This document shows, piece by piece, positions 51,083-64,000 of a stretch of 64,000 bases of DNA. The stretch comes from Octopus bimaculoides. Lineage: Eukaryota. The position numbers and the translations under genes were made by a program. The stretch is from the NCBI RefSeq assembly GCF_001194135.2, contig NC_068989.1, forward strand, positions 55,727,109 to 55,791,108. Direction: 5' to 3'. The stretch's first letter is position 1. Every line of letters starts with the position of its first letter. Below the pieces are notes generated by a model. That model saw only the letters and a program-made list of their open reading frames with translations. It did no database searches and was not told the origin of the DNA.

Positions 51083-51620
51083 GAGTGAGAGAGCAGTGAA
51101 TGCCATCAAAGTGACACTGGTGTAAAATATACAAAGCCCAGTATACTCCTCATGACTACCCATCTGATAAGAGTACACCAGTGACATGCATCACAAGCAT
51201 ATGTGCGGGACATGGTGATCTCATATCCCACCTGCAGGTGGGGTCCAATTAGAATTTTCTTCAGGTCGAGTAGCCCATCCAACTCAAAAGGTCCCTGAAT
51301 AAGGGTTGCTTAAGTATGTTGAACAAGATACCCATGTTGCCAAACGTGAATTATCCAAACCCCAAATAATTCCTCTCAACACATGGCTATGATGCTCCCC
51401 CACTACTTCTGCTCATGATCAGAGATGCACATATCATCATCCATTAATGGACATGCTCAACTGGTTAAAGTCAAACAACTGACAAGCAAATCTGTGGTAT
51501 TGAGCAGAATATTTGCTGTAGCCCATCTTTTATACCAAGACAAAACAATGTACATGATAACACTTCCAATCAGTTAAAATCTGAAGCCATGAGAGTTGCT
51601 GCCTGGTACTGCATTAGGGC
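51083..51620 (-). mobile_element. About 540-nt non-coding element in (TAA)n, unclassified
   Basis: GC-richer block with sharp boundaries against (ATT)n on both sides; stems pair with G-U only on the minus strand. Confidence 0.5.
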
Positions 51621-51658
51621 ATTTATTATTATTATTATTATTATTATTNNNNNNNNNN

Positions 51659-51693
<35 letters not shown>

Positions 51694-51957
51694 CAACAAC
51701 GAGCAGTTTCATAAAAATATTATTTCTCATTAAAAGCTTATTAATGAATAAATAGTTACTGATGAGTGAGGTAAATAAAGCAAATAAAACCAAATGGATA
51801 CAAAATATATTAGCTTAGCATTTTTGGTTATTTCTTGATAAGTGTAAAGCAGTTAGTGAAATTAAGTCTTGAACTATTACGAGAGAAAGAGAGAATGGAT
51901 AAGAATTACATGATAAACATGGTGTTTCTGTCTGTCTCTAGCAGAATGTAGTCTCAT

Positions 51958-52022
<65 letters not shown>

Positions 52023-52562
52023 TTTAAGCATTTCTGTAAAAATATTATTTCTAATTAATACATTATTGAAAATAAATAGTTACAAGTTAACGAGGTAAGT
52101 GAAGCCAACCGAAAGAATATAAAGTTTATTAACTTAGCATTTTCTGCAATGTCTTATCAAGTCTAAAGTGGCTAGTAAAATGAAGCTGAGAGAAAGAGTG
52201 AGAGACATATATATTCATTCACACATCATACTTGTGTGTATATTTCTATATATACACATTTATATAAATGTGTGTGTCTATATATACACACAAATTTTCA
52301 CATATTCACATACAGTATACTTATGGATGTATACATATATTTGTTTGCATATATGCATACGTATGTAAACATGCCTGCATATTGTCTTTCCTAACAATGC
52401 TCTGAACTATCTGTTTGTTTTTCTTCTTGTTTACTAAATATCGCACCATGTAAAAGTAACCAATTATTCCCATGATACATACAGGAATTTGCAGGATACC
52501 TAGCACCAGTAGACAATTGTTTTAATTCTTGCATTAACTGCTGATCTGACCAGCTGAATTAC

Positions 52563-52637
52563 CTGGAATATAATTTTTTGGAGTAATCTGTCCAGCCAGA
52601 AATATGCAGAGGTGCTCCTCGGATAGTTTGCCAAGAT
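52563..52637 (-). CDS. Candidate 75-nt host exon, product unknown
   Basis: tttattag|...TTCCAG|gtaatt; GC-richer than flanks; all three frames open (e.g. DLGKLSEEHLCIFLAGQITPKNYIP); no homology recognised. Confidence 0.25.
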
Positions 52638-52783
52638 CTAATAAATCCCTTCTATTTAATTATGTATATATTAGGCAATGAGCAAGAAAAAAAGACAATG
52701 CAAGAGGGACAGGTTCTACAAAGGTTGTATTAATTTACACACAGACACACACACACGCACACACACACATGCACACATGCACA

Positions 52784-52835
<52 letters not shown>

Positions 52836-53351
52836 GATGAGTATATAGGGATAAATCATTCAGGCAGGTGCCATATGAGCACTCAGTTATAACCTAGGTT
52901 CAGGTTAATCACATTAAGTTGTAAGGAGCACATAGGATTACTTAGGGTAAATAATCCCACTGTAATTCATCCAATGGGCAAATCTTGGGTTTACTTCTCT
53001 GGATTATGAAATTTTCAGGAGTGTGTAAATCCAAAGCAATTACAATGAATATGGAGATTAGTACATCTGCATATTTGTTATTTTTACAGTCAATTATTCA
53101 TCACATTTGGTTTAAATTTTGTCTGACATACGTTTCTGCTGCATAAAAAGCTAGCAATTGCATTTGTATTCCAGCTATTTTTAACGATACAACTTCATTC
53201 ATGATCTGTCCACAGATGTGGTCCAAAGCAAACTGAGTGTATGTATGCATGGCTAACATTATTTTGCTGGGTTACCATGGTTTGAGAGAGAAAAAAGAAT
53301 GTGAAGAGGAGATTTAGAAACTTGATATGGCTATAAAAATTAATTGTGGAA

Positions 53352-53590
53352 GCACATGGCTGAGTGCCTAGGGTGTCAGACTCATGATTGTAAGATTGTG
53401 GTTTCGATTCCTGGACCGGGCAATGCATTGTGTTCTTGAGCAAAACACTCCACTTCACTTTGCTCCAGTCCACTTAACTGATAAAAATGAGTAACCTTGT
53501 GATGCACCAGTGTCCCATCCAGGTGAGGGAATATATATGCTATAAAACCAGGAAACCAGCCCTTATGAGTCAGCATGACTTGAGAAGATA
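53352..53590 (+). mobile_element. tRNA-derived SINE (further family)
   Basis: A box TGGCTGAGTG, B box GGTTTCGATTCC, then GTTCTTGAGCAAAACACT; no acceptor stem, so not a tRNA gene. Confidence 0.65.
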
Positions 53591-54222
53591 ATTTTTCTTT
53601 ACTATACTTTATAAAAATTAATACACAAATATATATATACATACACACATGTAATATTAAATAAACAATCCATGGTGCTATAAGCACCCACTGGTTTCAT
53701 TTTTGAGAATACATTTTCCTAACAGGTCTCAATTAGGCAGAGGGAGAATACTTACAGAAGTAACATTCATCTATATAAAAGATGTATAGCAGAATTAGAG
53801 CCACAAAGAAGAAATGAAGAAATGGCAAAGAAATATGTAAAAAATACTTATTTGGTCTCTAGACAGCTGTTTCTGCATCCTCTAATGCAAAGATGACGTG
53901 ATAAATCATAGACATCCTGCAAATTGGACATGCTTCATCAGTGGATTACCAGGCAAAAAAACATATCAGGAACTGGTAGAAGCAATTACTGTAATATATA
54001 CACGGCCAGCAGGTACAAGGTACCACTAACTATATGTGCTACATGGTGATAGTAGAATATATACATGATCATGATAACACACAAACGCGCATGCACACAC
54101 ACACACAAACATACATACATACATATAAATAAGGTAAAACAATTTATCTGCTCAAGGTGAGGAGAAAATCTGTTATATACTTGTGTGTGTGTGTGTGTAT
54201 TGATGTATATACATGTATAATA

Positions 54223-54272
<50 letters not shown>

Positions 54273-54986
54273 GATATATATCTGTATATATNNNNNNNNN
54301 NNNNNNNNNNNNNNNNNNNNNNNNNNNNNNNNNNNNNNNNNNNNNNNNNNNNNNNNNNNNNNNNNNNNNNNNNNNNNNNNNNNNNNNNNNNNNNNNNNNN
54401 NNNNNNNNNNNNNNNNNNNNNNNNNNNNNNNNNNNNNNNNNNNNNNNNNNNNNNNNNNNNNNNNNNNNNNNNNNNNNNNNNNNNNNNNNNNNNNNNNNNN
54501 NNNNNNNNNNNNNNNNNNNNNNNNNNNNNNNNNNNNNNNNNNNNNNNNNNNNNNNNNNNNNNNNNNNNNNNNNNNNNNNNNNNNNNNNNNNNNNNNNNNN
54601 NNNNNNNNNNNNNNNNNNNNNNNNNNNNNNNNNNNNNNNNNNNNNNNNNNNNNNNNNNNNNNNNNNNNNNNNNNNNNNNNNNNNNNNNNNNNNNNNNNNN
54701 NNNNNNNNNNNNNNNNNNNNNNNNNNNNNNNNNNNNNNNNNNNNNNNNNNNNNNNNNNNNNNNNNNNNNNNNNNNNNNNNNNNNNNNNNNNNNNNNNNNN
54801 NNNNNNNNNNNNNNNNNNNNNNNNNNNNNNNNNNNNNNNNNNNNNNNNNNNNNNNNNNNNNNNNNNNNNNNNNNNNNNNNNNNNNNNNNNNNNNNNNNNN
54901 NNNNNNNNNNNNNNNNNNNNNNNNNNNNNNNNNNNNNNNNNNNNNNNNNNNNNNNNNNNNNNNNNNNNNNNNNNNNNNNNNNNNNN

Positions 54987-55051
<65 letters not shown>

Positions 55052-56807
55052 TACATACATGCATACACACACACACCTACATTCTTACGTATGTATGTAT
55101 ATTAAATATAGATACAGTAAAATTATGAAATGTCAACATTCAGAATAGCTAGCCTAATCAGCTATGAGCAAATTTAAATTAGATTAACAAATATAAAAAT
55201 GCTACTTTTCTGCAACACAATAAATCAATTTAACTGCACCAGCCATTGCGGAAGATATTTAAGATTTAGGAAGCTGGCCCAGAATTAAAGGGCCAGAAAC
55301 TGAACATGAAAACACAAAAAAAAAAAAAAAAATGTAAAAAATGATTGACTCACATATATGAGATTGGGAACTACACTGAACCAAAGAAGACTGTCATATT
55401 TACTATGCAAGATGATATGAAAATTTTGATTTATCTTCTCCATTGCCAGAAACAAGCAAATCCATAAGTAGTTGAGGAGTTAGCTCATCATCAGTTAACT
55501 CTTTAAGAGTTGGTACAGATAACATGTAGGGAGATGTATCATTGCTATAAACATTCTGAGAGCCAAAATATCAAATAATGGGTAGAAACTATATCACACT
55601 GTCAAATGAATAATTAAAGAACATTTGGGATAAAGAAGATGTACTCTATTGAGAATTCAGAGGCAGGAATAAGTCCTAGACACTAAAATAATTGTTAAAA
55701 GTAGAGCTTGCTTGTTTCATCACTGAAATTTTGTAGCATTTTGTCCAAAAAGATTACCAAAATGCTTTAATCAATAAATAAAACCAATCTGAGGAAAGGA
55801 CAGTTCTAAGGATTCATACATTTGAGCAACAATTTTGGATTAGATATTGTACCAATGGATGATAGACCCTGATCTCAAGAATTTGACTATAAAATAGTAG
55901 TGACACCTTATATTATAGATGTATGTATTGGTATACAGTGAGTGGTAAAACAGATTAAGAATAGAATTTCATTCAGTGTTTAAACTCCTAGTATTTTAAA
56001 TGCATCTTTTATTCTTTTATGGAGAAAGGTTATTTTGTCAATACAATAGATCCACTCCTTGTATCCCTGTATATTGCTGACATGTTAATTTCTTCCAAAA
56101 ATTAAAAAGCTAAAGTTTGTGACTAAGCAGATAAATATGAATTTTTTTTTTTAAATGTTTAAACAAATACCTCTTACTTCATATATTACTTTAACACTCT
56201 CTGATGGTCAATCTTTATCATGGTGGAGAGCTTGCATGGTACAATGACTCTAAAAGTGATGCTTTGGTGGTAAGGTCAAAAGAATCAAACCCAGACTAAA
56301 CATAATCAACCACACTTCAAGATCTCATCAGCAGACCAAGTAGTTAACAAAGGCTGATCTGAATAATGTCTAAAAATAGAAGGAGAGGGCAATGCCAGAT
56401 GGACTGGTCGCTAGAAAGATGTCATTCAAGACTACAACCGGATCAGTGGATAATCTATTGCAATTTCATCATCTTATACAGCCTGTCTCATTCTACACGT
56501 CCTGCAAACAATGATCCTGAAACCATAGTGTATGGGTCAATCTTTGGTAAGTTGACATGTAACATAAACAGTGACAATTCTTCCTGGTATTATTTCTTTC
56601 AGTAGAGAAATCCTCAAACAAGAAACAGCCAGCAACAATGTTTACTTTAGGGAAAAGCGTATCAATTTTAAAGTTTTCTATAATGATTTTGCTTTCACTT
56701 ATAAATATCACTGAATGTGACAATTGAATTAATTGTAAACAACTCTTTCTAAGAAAAGTATAGAAATTAGTAGTAATAGTAATTGCTTTATTACTAATAG
56801 TAATAAT

Positions 56808-57005
56808 CCTTTCTACAAGGCCTGAAATTTGGGGGAGGAGGTAAGTCGATTACATTGACACCAGTGCTCGACTAGTACTTTATTCCATTGACCCTGAAAG
56901 GATGAAAGGCAAAGTCGACCTTGATGAAATCTGAACTCAAAATATAAAGATGGTTGAAATGCTGGTAAGCATTTTGCCCAGCATATTAACGATTCTGCCA
57001 ACTCA
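56808..57005 (-). mobile_element. Deu/Nin-like SINE
   Basis: Complete reverse copy. Confidence 0.8.
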
Positions 57006-57183
57006 CTGCCATATTACTGATGATAATAATAGAAAAAGTAAGCCTTGCTACTGGTTTTGTTTGGAAATCAGTTATGTATTTATAGTAGAGAGGTGTGATA
57101 ATAAAATCATAAAATTGATGGACTGTATATTGTATTTACAAACTAAGCTAAACCCATATATGTATATATATATAAATATATAT

Positions 57184-57278
<95 letters not shown>

Positions 57279-58584
57279 CCATCGTCCAACCCATGCTAGC
57301 ATGGAAAGCGGACGTTAAACGATGATGATGATGATGATGATGATTAATGATCATGCTTCTGTGTAATTTTCTGAAAACAGGCTAGCACCATTTTGCAGCT
57401 GAGTGGATAGTGTTATTAAAGCATTCAGAAATATATGCAAATATTTGAATTTACACAATCATTGAAACAACACAAGTATGAATGTAAAAACATATTAAGT
57501 GTGATAGTAATTTAGATAAGAACACCATGACTCACCTAATTCTTATTGTCTAATTGTTTAGGTTTTTTAGTGTTTTATTTACGGTCAAAGCCTCAGTTTC
57601 CTGGGACTGGGAGTGCATCCAGATAGGAAATTAACCACAGTTTACCATTTTGTTTCCACTTTGATGCCCCTCTACCCCACCCATTATGGTCAGACTTCTC
57701 ATTTACAACTCTGGAAATGGGCATGAAAAAGAAACAAAGAAGAGGTTATTAATTAAGTGACTGACACATACTATCTGATAATGACTATAATGACACTCAT
57801 TAAAATTCTGAGACGCTATAGTTAATATATCCTACTTCCTTCAGAAGAAAAAAAAAATCAGGAATAGTTTTTAACACATAACTTAAAAAGGAGGTGGGGA
57901 GACGATAACCGAATTCCATTAATTAGCTACTCACATGATAGTACAAGTTGTACGTCTGATTTCAAGAAGAACTGCAAAAGGATATTAAAATCCTTTTGAA
58001 TAGAATTTCAATGCAAAAGGCAAATAATATGAGGTAAATGGAAGAAATGTACTGTCATGCAAAGCAAGTACCAGGAGTATTTTCAGATAATCTATATCAA
58101 GCAGAAAGGCACATGTTGAGTACTACTATCTGCCAAATATGCAATATCAACTTATAGGGAAGATTGAGTGCAAAATGTGTCAGGAAAGTAAGAGGGTATC
58201 AACAGTTTGAGATAAGAGGACTATACTCATATATAAATTAAAGGAGTACAGGTCACCTTTTTTCCACGAGATAAAGTAAACACTGTAGATGAGGTAGGTC
58301 GCAGAAAACATGGGAAGTTATAATGAATATCAGACCTGAAAACATTAAGCTTTATATGTAAGGTGATGTAGGATTGAGAGTTAGGAAGAGGTACTACACT
58401 GTTGTTCTGTCCCATCTATGTTAACAAAGAAATAAGGGTGATAATGGTGATATTGATGATGGTGGTAAATAGTGGTACCACTCAAAGAAATAACAATAAT
58501 TATGATAAAGATGACATACAGAGATCTTCGGATGCTAGCAGAAAAATAAAACATTAGTAAAATATCTAAAAATAAAAATTAATA

Positions 58585-58772
58585 TTGATTTCAAATTTTG
58601 ACACAAGGCCAGCAAGTTCGGCAGGAGAGGTAAGTCGGTTAGATTGGTGTTCAAGTGGTATTTATTTTATCAATCCCAAAAGGATGAAAGCCAAAGCTCA
58701 GACATAAAGTTGGACAAAATGCTGGTAAGCATTTTACCCAGCATGCTAATGATTCTGCCAGCTCACCACCTT
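58585..58772 (-). mobile_element. Deu/Nin-like SINE with internal deletion
   Basis: Head, core and tail present. Confidence 0.7.
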
Positions 58773-58854
58773 AGGGATAGGACATATATATATATAAGCT
58801 AACAGAGATACTCAGCCTTGCTCAGGATTAAAATGGCATAGTTTTTTTTTATTG

Positions 58855-58983
58855 TTTTACTTGTTTCAGTCATGTGAACAAATCAACCACAGGATTTATT
58901 CCTTGTAAACTTACTACTTACTAAGTTATGGGAACGTAAACACAGCAACATCGGTTGTCAAGCAATGGTGGGGGTACAAACAC

Positions 58984-59023
<40 letters not shown>

Positions 59024-59100
59024 GACAGTGTTCTTTCAGATTCTGTGCACGAAATCCATTTACAAGGCTTTGTTCGACCTGAGGCTATAATATATATATA
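58855..59100 (-). mobile_element. CORE-type SINE cut by a Tc1 insertion
   Basis: Core stops at GAGGCTATAA(TA)n, where CAGTG of the Tc1 begins. Confidence 0.65.
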
Positions 59101-60470
59101 CAGTGAGGGGAAATAAATATTCGTACATGTCAAAATTCTTTATTTATTTAATTTTTAATGAACATAAATGGGATATACCAATACTATATTTGCATACACA
59201 TATATAAACTAAGAATATGCAAAAGAAACTAATAAATTATAGTAACTAATGAGATTTTATATACAAATATAAATATTTAGGAGTGAAAAAAGTATTCGTA
59301 GAGAACATAAATAACTGATAATTCTGATTTAATACTTTGTAGCATAACCATTATTCAGTTCCACTTCAACCAATCTCTTGTAGTTCTTAATCAATGACTC
59401 GCATGTTTCTTTAGGAATTTTTTCCCATTCTTCTTGACAAATTTTCTTCAAATCTNNNNNNNNNNNNNNNNNNNNNNNNNNNNNNNNNNNNNNNNNNNNN
59501 NNNNNNNNNNNNNNNNNNNNNNNNNNNNNNNNNNNNNNNNNNNNNNNNNNNNNNNNNNNNNNNNNNNNNNNNNNNNNNNNNNNNNNNNNNNNNNNNNNNN
59601 NNNNNNNNNNNNNNNNNNNNNNNNNNNNNNNNNNNNNNNATGGGGTTCAAGTCAGGTGACTGGCTTGGCTATTCTAATAATTTTATATTGTGATTGACAA
59701 TCCATTTTTTGGTAGACTTTGCTGTGTGCTTACGGTCGTTATCCTCTTATAAAACCCACCCTTCACAAAGCTGGAGCTTTTCTACAGAGTCTCATAAATT
59801 ATTGTTCAAAATATTTTGGTACATCTCTGCATTCATTCTACCATTTATCACATGTAAATTGCCAGTGCCATTTGCAGAGAAACACCCCTACACAATGATG
59901 TTGCCACCTCCAAACTTTACAGTAGGAATTGTGTTTTTCAGCAAATAGGTGGTACCATCTTTCCTCCAAATATGGCTACGCGAATTTCATCCAAACAATT
60001 CAATTTTCGACTCGTCTGTCCAAAGAACATTTCCCCAAAATGTATCAGATTTATCTTTATGTTCATAAACATATTTTAAACGGGCATCTCTATGCCTTTT
60101 AGTCAACAGTGGAGTTTTTCTAGGAGAGCATGATTTCAGTTCATTCCTATGAAGTTCATTGTTGATTGTTCATAGTGTAACACTAGTCCCTAAAGCTAAC
60201 ATCTTCTTGCAACAGTTCTTGTTTTTATATCTTTGAATAAATGAAGATATGGTAGAAAATGGAATACAAAGGGTCTCTGATATTTTCCTGTAACTTTTAC
60301 CTGCTTTTCACTGTTCAATAATTAAGTTTTTCACTGAATTTGTGAGTTCTTTACTTTTTGCCATTATTACGACACTACTTTATCTTGTCTTAGTGCTGAA
60401 TGAAGAAGCTAGCGTTTTGACACTTAAAAATGACCACTGATTAGATAACTGGAACAAACAGGTGTCTGTA
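59101..60470 (-). pseudogene. Tc1-family transposase fossil with one TIR
   Basis: TA|CAGTGAGGGGAAATAAATATTCG end. Minus strand KTPLLTKRHRDARL..VLWTDESKIELFG, PTVKFGGGNIIV*GCF, EDNDRKHTAK, SQSPDLNP; gap 59456-59639. Confidence 0.88.
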
Positions 60471-60499
60471 GAAATCCCATATGGTGGACCCAGTGCAAA

Positions 60500-60900
60500 C
60501 TGGGAACACATAAGATGTGCAGTGGATTCACAGAATAGGTAACACAGAAAGTAGACTTTTGTATGAAGAAGATGTTTAAGAACAAGAAACACTTAAACAC
60601 ACAGGAAACAGATTCTCTCAAAGGCCCAGGAGGTTCCTTAGAGGTAGTCACCTGTTATCTAGGTGACCTAATTAGTAATGGCCGTGAATGTTCTCAAAGT
60701 ATTCAGAGAGCTATTACTTCTGTTGGCTCTCTCCCTCAGAGTGCAAATCAGATTTTATGATGCTTGTAAACAAACAACAATGCTATATGGTTGTGAGACG
60801 CAGGTTGTAAAAACAAGACATGCAAAGACAAGAAAGTAATTAAGGTTGTATGTTGCACTAGATGTACAATGTCAGTGTGTATGTTCAATTGTACATACAT
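60500..60900 (+). mobile_element. RTE 3' fragment
   Basis: GATTCTCTCAAAGGCCCAGGAGGTTCC...TATCTAGGTGACCTAATTAG is collinear with 26130-26480. Confidence 0.65.
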
Positions 60901-60944
60901 ACACATGTGCCTGCATGCACACACACACACACACACACATATAT

Positions 60945-61098
60945 AGCAGGCTTCTTTAAGTTTCTATCTACCATGTCTACTCACAAGGCTTTGATTGGTC
61001 TAGAATTAAAGTAAAAGACACCTGCCAATGATACTACACAGTGAGACTGAACCTTAAGCCATGTGGTAGGGAAGCAAATTTCCTAATCACAGTCATGC

Positions 61099-61107
<9 letters not shown>
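60945..61107 (-). mobile_element. CORE-type SINE 5' part
   Basis: CTCACAAGGCTTTGATTGG...GGGAAGCAAATTTC. Confidence 0.6.
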
Positions 61108-61133
<26 letters not shown>

Positions 61134-61744
61134 CATGCACGCGTGCATGCATGTGTGTGTATATATAATGTATATGGATCTTGGACAGAATTTCCAACGA
61201 GGAGTTTTCAGCTGTTCAGTTAGTAAGTGGTCAAGTATTCCATAGTCATGTATATGCTTAAAGTAATCATCAGGCAGAAACTGTATGACACAGTGTGATC
61301 CAGCAGTGCTATCAAAGCCATCACCTGATGATGTGCTGGTGCGCGGTGGCTGCTGGAAGATATTTATTTATGGAATAATTTATAAAATATGTTATGTAAT
61401 AGTATGGTATACAAAACTCAGCAACTTACAGCTGTTACTACTGCACAGAAACAATTGTTGTGTTTCGTAATTAAAGCCTGTTCACTCCATTTTCTTGTAT
61501 AAATTTTTACATAAACTCTGTATACACTAATGGAATTCCACATATATATCCAGTAAAAGGATTAATCCTGCTGTATGATGGCATATGGTAACCAATAACT
61601 ATATAGGGGCTTTTAAATGCACATTTCATTTTTAAGCTTGTTACCCAGATCAGATCAGATCACAATGGACCAAGATGCCTGGTACTTTGCTGTATTCAAG
61701 AAGACTTGTACTTCACAGCAGAAGTGTTAAGGCCGCTTCCCCTG

Positions 61745-62010
61745 TTGAAGAGGATTAGCTCACAAGAGTCCTCTGCTGGTGCCACATAAAAAGCACTCAT
61801 GCTGGTACTACATAGGAGCACACATGCAGTGCCGCATAAAAGCACCCAGCATGTTTTGTAAAGTGGTTGGCATGAGGAAGGGCATCCAGCTGTAGAAACC
61901 ATATCAAATCAGACTGGAGATTGGTGCAGCTCTCCAGCCTGCCAGCTCTGGTCAAACCATCCACTCCATGCTAGCATGAACAATAGACATTAAATAATGA
62001 TGATGATGAT
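61745..62010 (+). mobile_element. (GAT)n-tailed SINE
   Basis: GGTTGGCATGAGGAAGGGCATCCAGCTGTAGAAAC domain; CCATGCTAGCATG...(GAT)n tail. Confidence 0.8.
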
Positions 62011-62027
62011 GACATATATATATATAT

Positions 62028-62236
62028 AAGAGACAAGTTGTACGCCAAGGAATCTAATGCACCTAGCTTAGTTTTTCCTTAGGGCTGGCCAGATTGGAGT
62101 GATATCGAGAATAACCAGCCGAAATTGTAAAGATAATCTGGATCTCAACTGAAAAGAGAAAACTCCAAATGACCTGTCCGTGTTTTCTTTGTATCGTCTA
62201 TCTGTATGTTTTGTCCCTTTCGTGTATCACCTAACT
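62028..62236. mobile_element. Unclassified repeat, possibly a Penelope-type terminus
   Basis: CpG-containing block after (TA)n with a GGCTGG/CCAGCC stem before GAAA; weak. Confidence 0.3.
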
Positions 62237-63249
62237 GTCTGGATGTTTTGCGTCCTNNNNNNNNNNCCCATGCTAGCATGGAAAGCGGACGTTAAACGAT
62301 GATGATGATGATGATGATATGTTAAGCTACTGCAGTGTTAATTACCTTTCATAATTTTTTCGCTCTCATAATCTAAACATTTAAAGTTTAACAGTACTTG
62401 GCCCCTGTAAAAGCCAACATCTTCAAGTTCCCTCACCTATTAAATTAGCTTAAGGTATTTCTTCCCATTTAAACATTCTTTTCTACTAGACAAACCATTT
62501 AACTGAAATCTAATCTTCTTTATACACAGTTTAACTTAAACTCAGTTATTTTATATGACCAAACTACAAACCATGTCAGATAACCACTTATTTATTAATT
62601 TTGCATGATTATATTTATAAATGCCCTCTCAATTACATTAACAAATCTTGAACTCTTTTCCCTAAGCCTTAGTCTCTTCATAATTTTACACATCTAAATC
62701 CCATCCCTAGTTTTCTCAAATGAACTCCTACAATTCCTATCATCATAACTGTTTATTTCAAAACTGGCTGGTATAAGTTACCTCCCTCTCTAACAACCAA
62801 TTAAATCAACTGTTTATTTTCAAAATTTCCTCTACTAATCATTGTTTGCCTTTATCCATAAATAGGACATAACTGCTTTTTATTAACACCCATTTCTCCA
62901 CCCATTTGTTTCTTTTCATCATTTTTTTTTAATATATATTTTGCCTATGATTATAAGTATCCAACTAATGCTTTGATGAGTTTAACTTGAGAACAAAACA
63001 GCCTGCAATTTGTCAGATGCATGTGTGCATGTGTGCACGTGTGTGTGTGTGCACGTTTGTGTAAATGAATGTGACTGTGTACGCATGTGTGTGTGTGTAG
63101 CAAAGGATATACAAGCAATAGCAAGAAACTGAAGAACCAATGATACTTCTTTGTTGCCCTTAGCATACAGCAGACCAATGACTGACCCATAAGAAACCTA
63201 TGACCAATGTCACTACAGTGTGAAATTAAAAAAAAGTACATATTCATTG

Positions 63250-63490
63250 TGTATGTGACTCTGTGTTTGTGTTTGTCCCCTACCACTGCTTGACAACTGG
63301 TGCTGGTGTGTTTACATCCGTTTAACTGAGCAGTTCTGCAAAAGAGACCAATAGGATAGGCACCAGGCTTAAAAAAGAGGAAAAAACATTTAAGTACTAG
63401 GGTCAATTTGTTTGACTAAAAATTCTTCGAGGTGGTACCACAGCATGGCTGCAGTCAAATGACAGAAACAAGTAAGTAAAAGAAAAAATA
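63250..63490 (+). mobile_element. CORE-type SINE 3' part
   Basis: TGTTTGTCCCCTACCACTGCTTGACAAC...CAGCATGGCTGCAGTCAAATGAC tail. Confidence 0.7.
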
Positions 63491-64000
63491 TAAGAAAATA
63501 CTTGAATAAACGAAAATACTTGATAAAATCCAGCTTTCTCATTGTTACAGAACTTATGAAATTCATGATATAGTATCATTTCATGTTGTATCAAAGTTTT
63601 ATATTAAGTTCACTTCATTACTGTTAGATAACTTTTGCTTGGAAAACAAAGACATTGTTGTTTTCATTTATCAATATATCAAGAAAGTAAGACCAAAAGA
63701 CTTACGTCACCAGTGTCGAAACAAGATACCTTATACAAACCAAACCAATTAACTGAAATGCCACCCTCAACATGAATTCAGATAGATTCGATACAGGTCA
63801 CATAAGAAAAAAAAGAAACTGTTTTCAAATAAATAAAATCTTTCCAATAATAAATTAATCATAAAACTTATGAAGAATGTTTTCAAGGTGACAAAAACTA
63901 CAGTTGGAATCAGATACATGAGCTAGAGAAATGCTGCCCTCTTTACATTGAAATTTTAATCAAAAGTAGCAGGTTTGTATAATCCCATTTATCATAATGT

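Noticed and set aside
53352-53430. tRNA gene
   Set aside because: It has A and B boxes but no complete cloverleaf, and it continues into a SINE body.
62075-62135. Second hammerhead (GGCTGG/CCAGCC stem before GAAA)
   Set aside because: The CUGANGA core is absent upstream of the stem.

Overview
AT-rich, microsatellite-dense eukaryotic DNA with nine N gaps. The SINE repertoire suggests an octopod cephalopod (my inference from recalled octopus SINE families). No intact host gene, rRNA, tRNA or CRISPR array can be supported; the window is mostly intronic/intergenic DNA built from transposon relics. These include three abundant SINE types, RTE, CR1, Tx1-like, Penelope-like and R4/Dong LINE pieces, mariner (DD34D), Tc1 and hAT transposase fossils, mariner and piggyBac-type MITEs, a 90-bp mini-Helitron and a Helentron/HINE-like element. 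Most interesting observations: (1) seven 3' ends of R4/Dong-like retrotransposons from about five sequence families, all in or beside (TAA)n-type tracts, share a 3'UTR architecture (mostly AC-CYWAG, then a hairpin and a distal pairing), and three of them show compensatory base changes in two alternative folds; (2) two fold-back inverted duplications, one with perfect 88-bp arms; (3) a minimal hammerhead-like motif in a Penelope-type repeat; (4) a shared 3' tail linking a SINE to a Tx1-like LINE. A few short minus-strand segments with splice signals may be host exons, but this is weak. Repeat boundaries are estimated by eye unless a TSD, TIR or helix is quoted.
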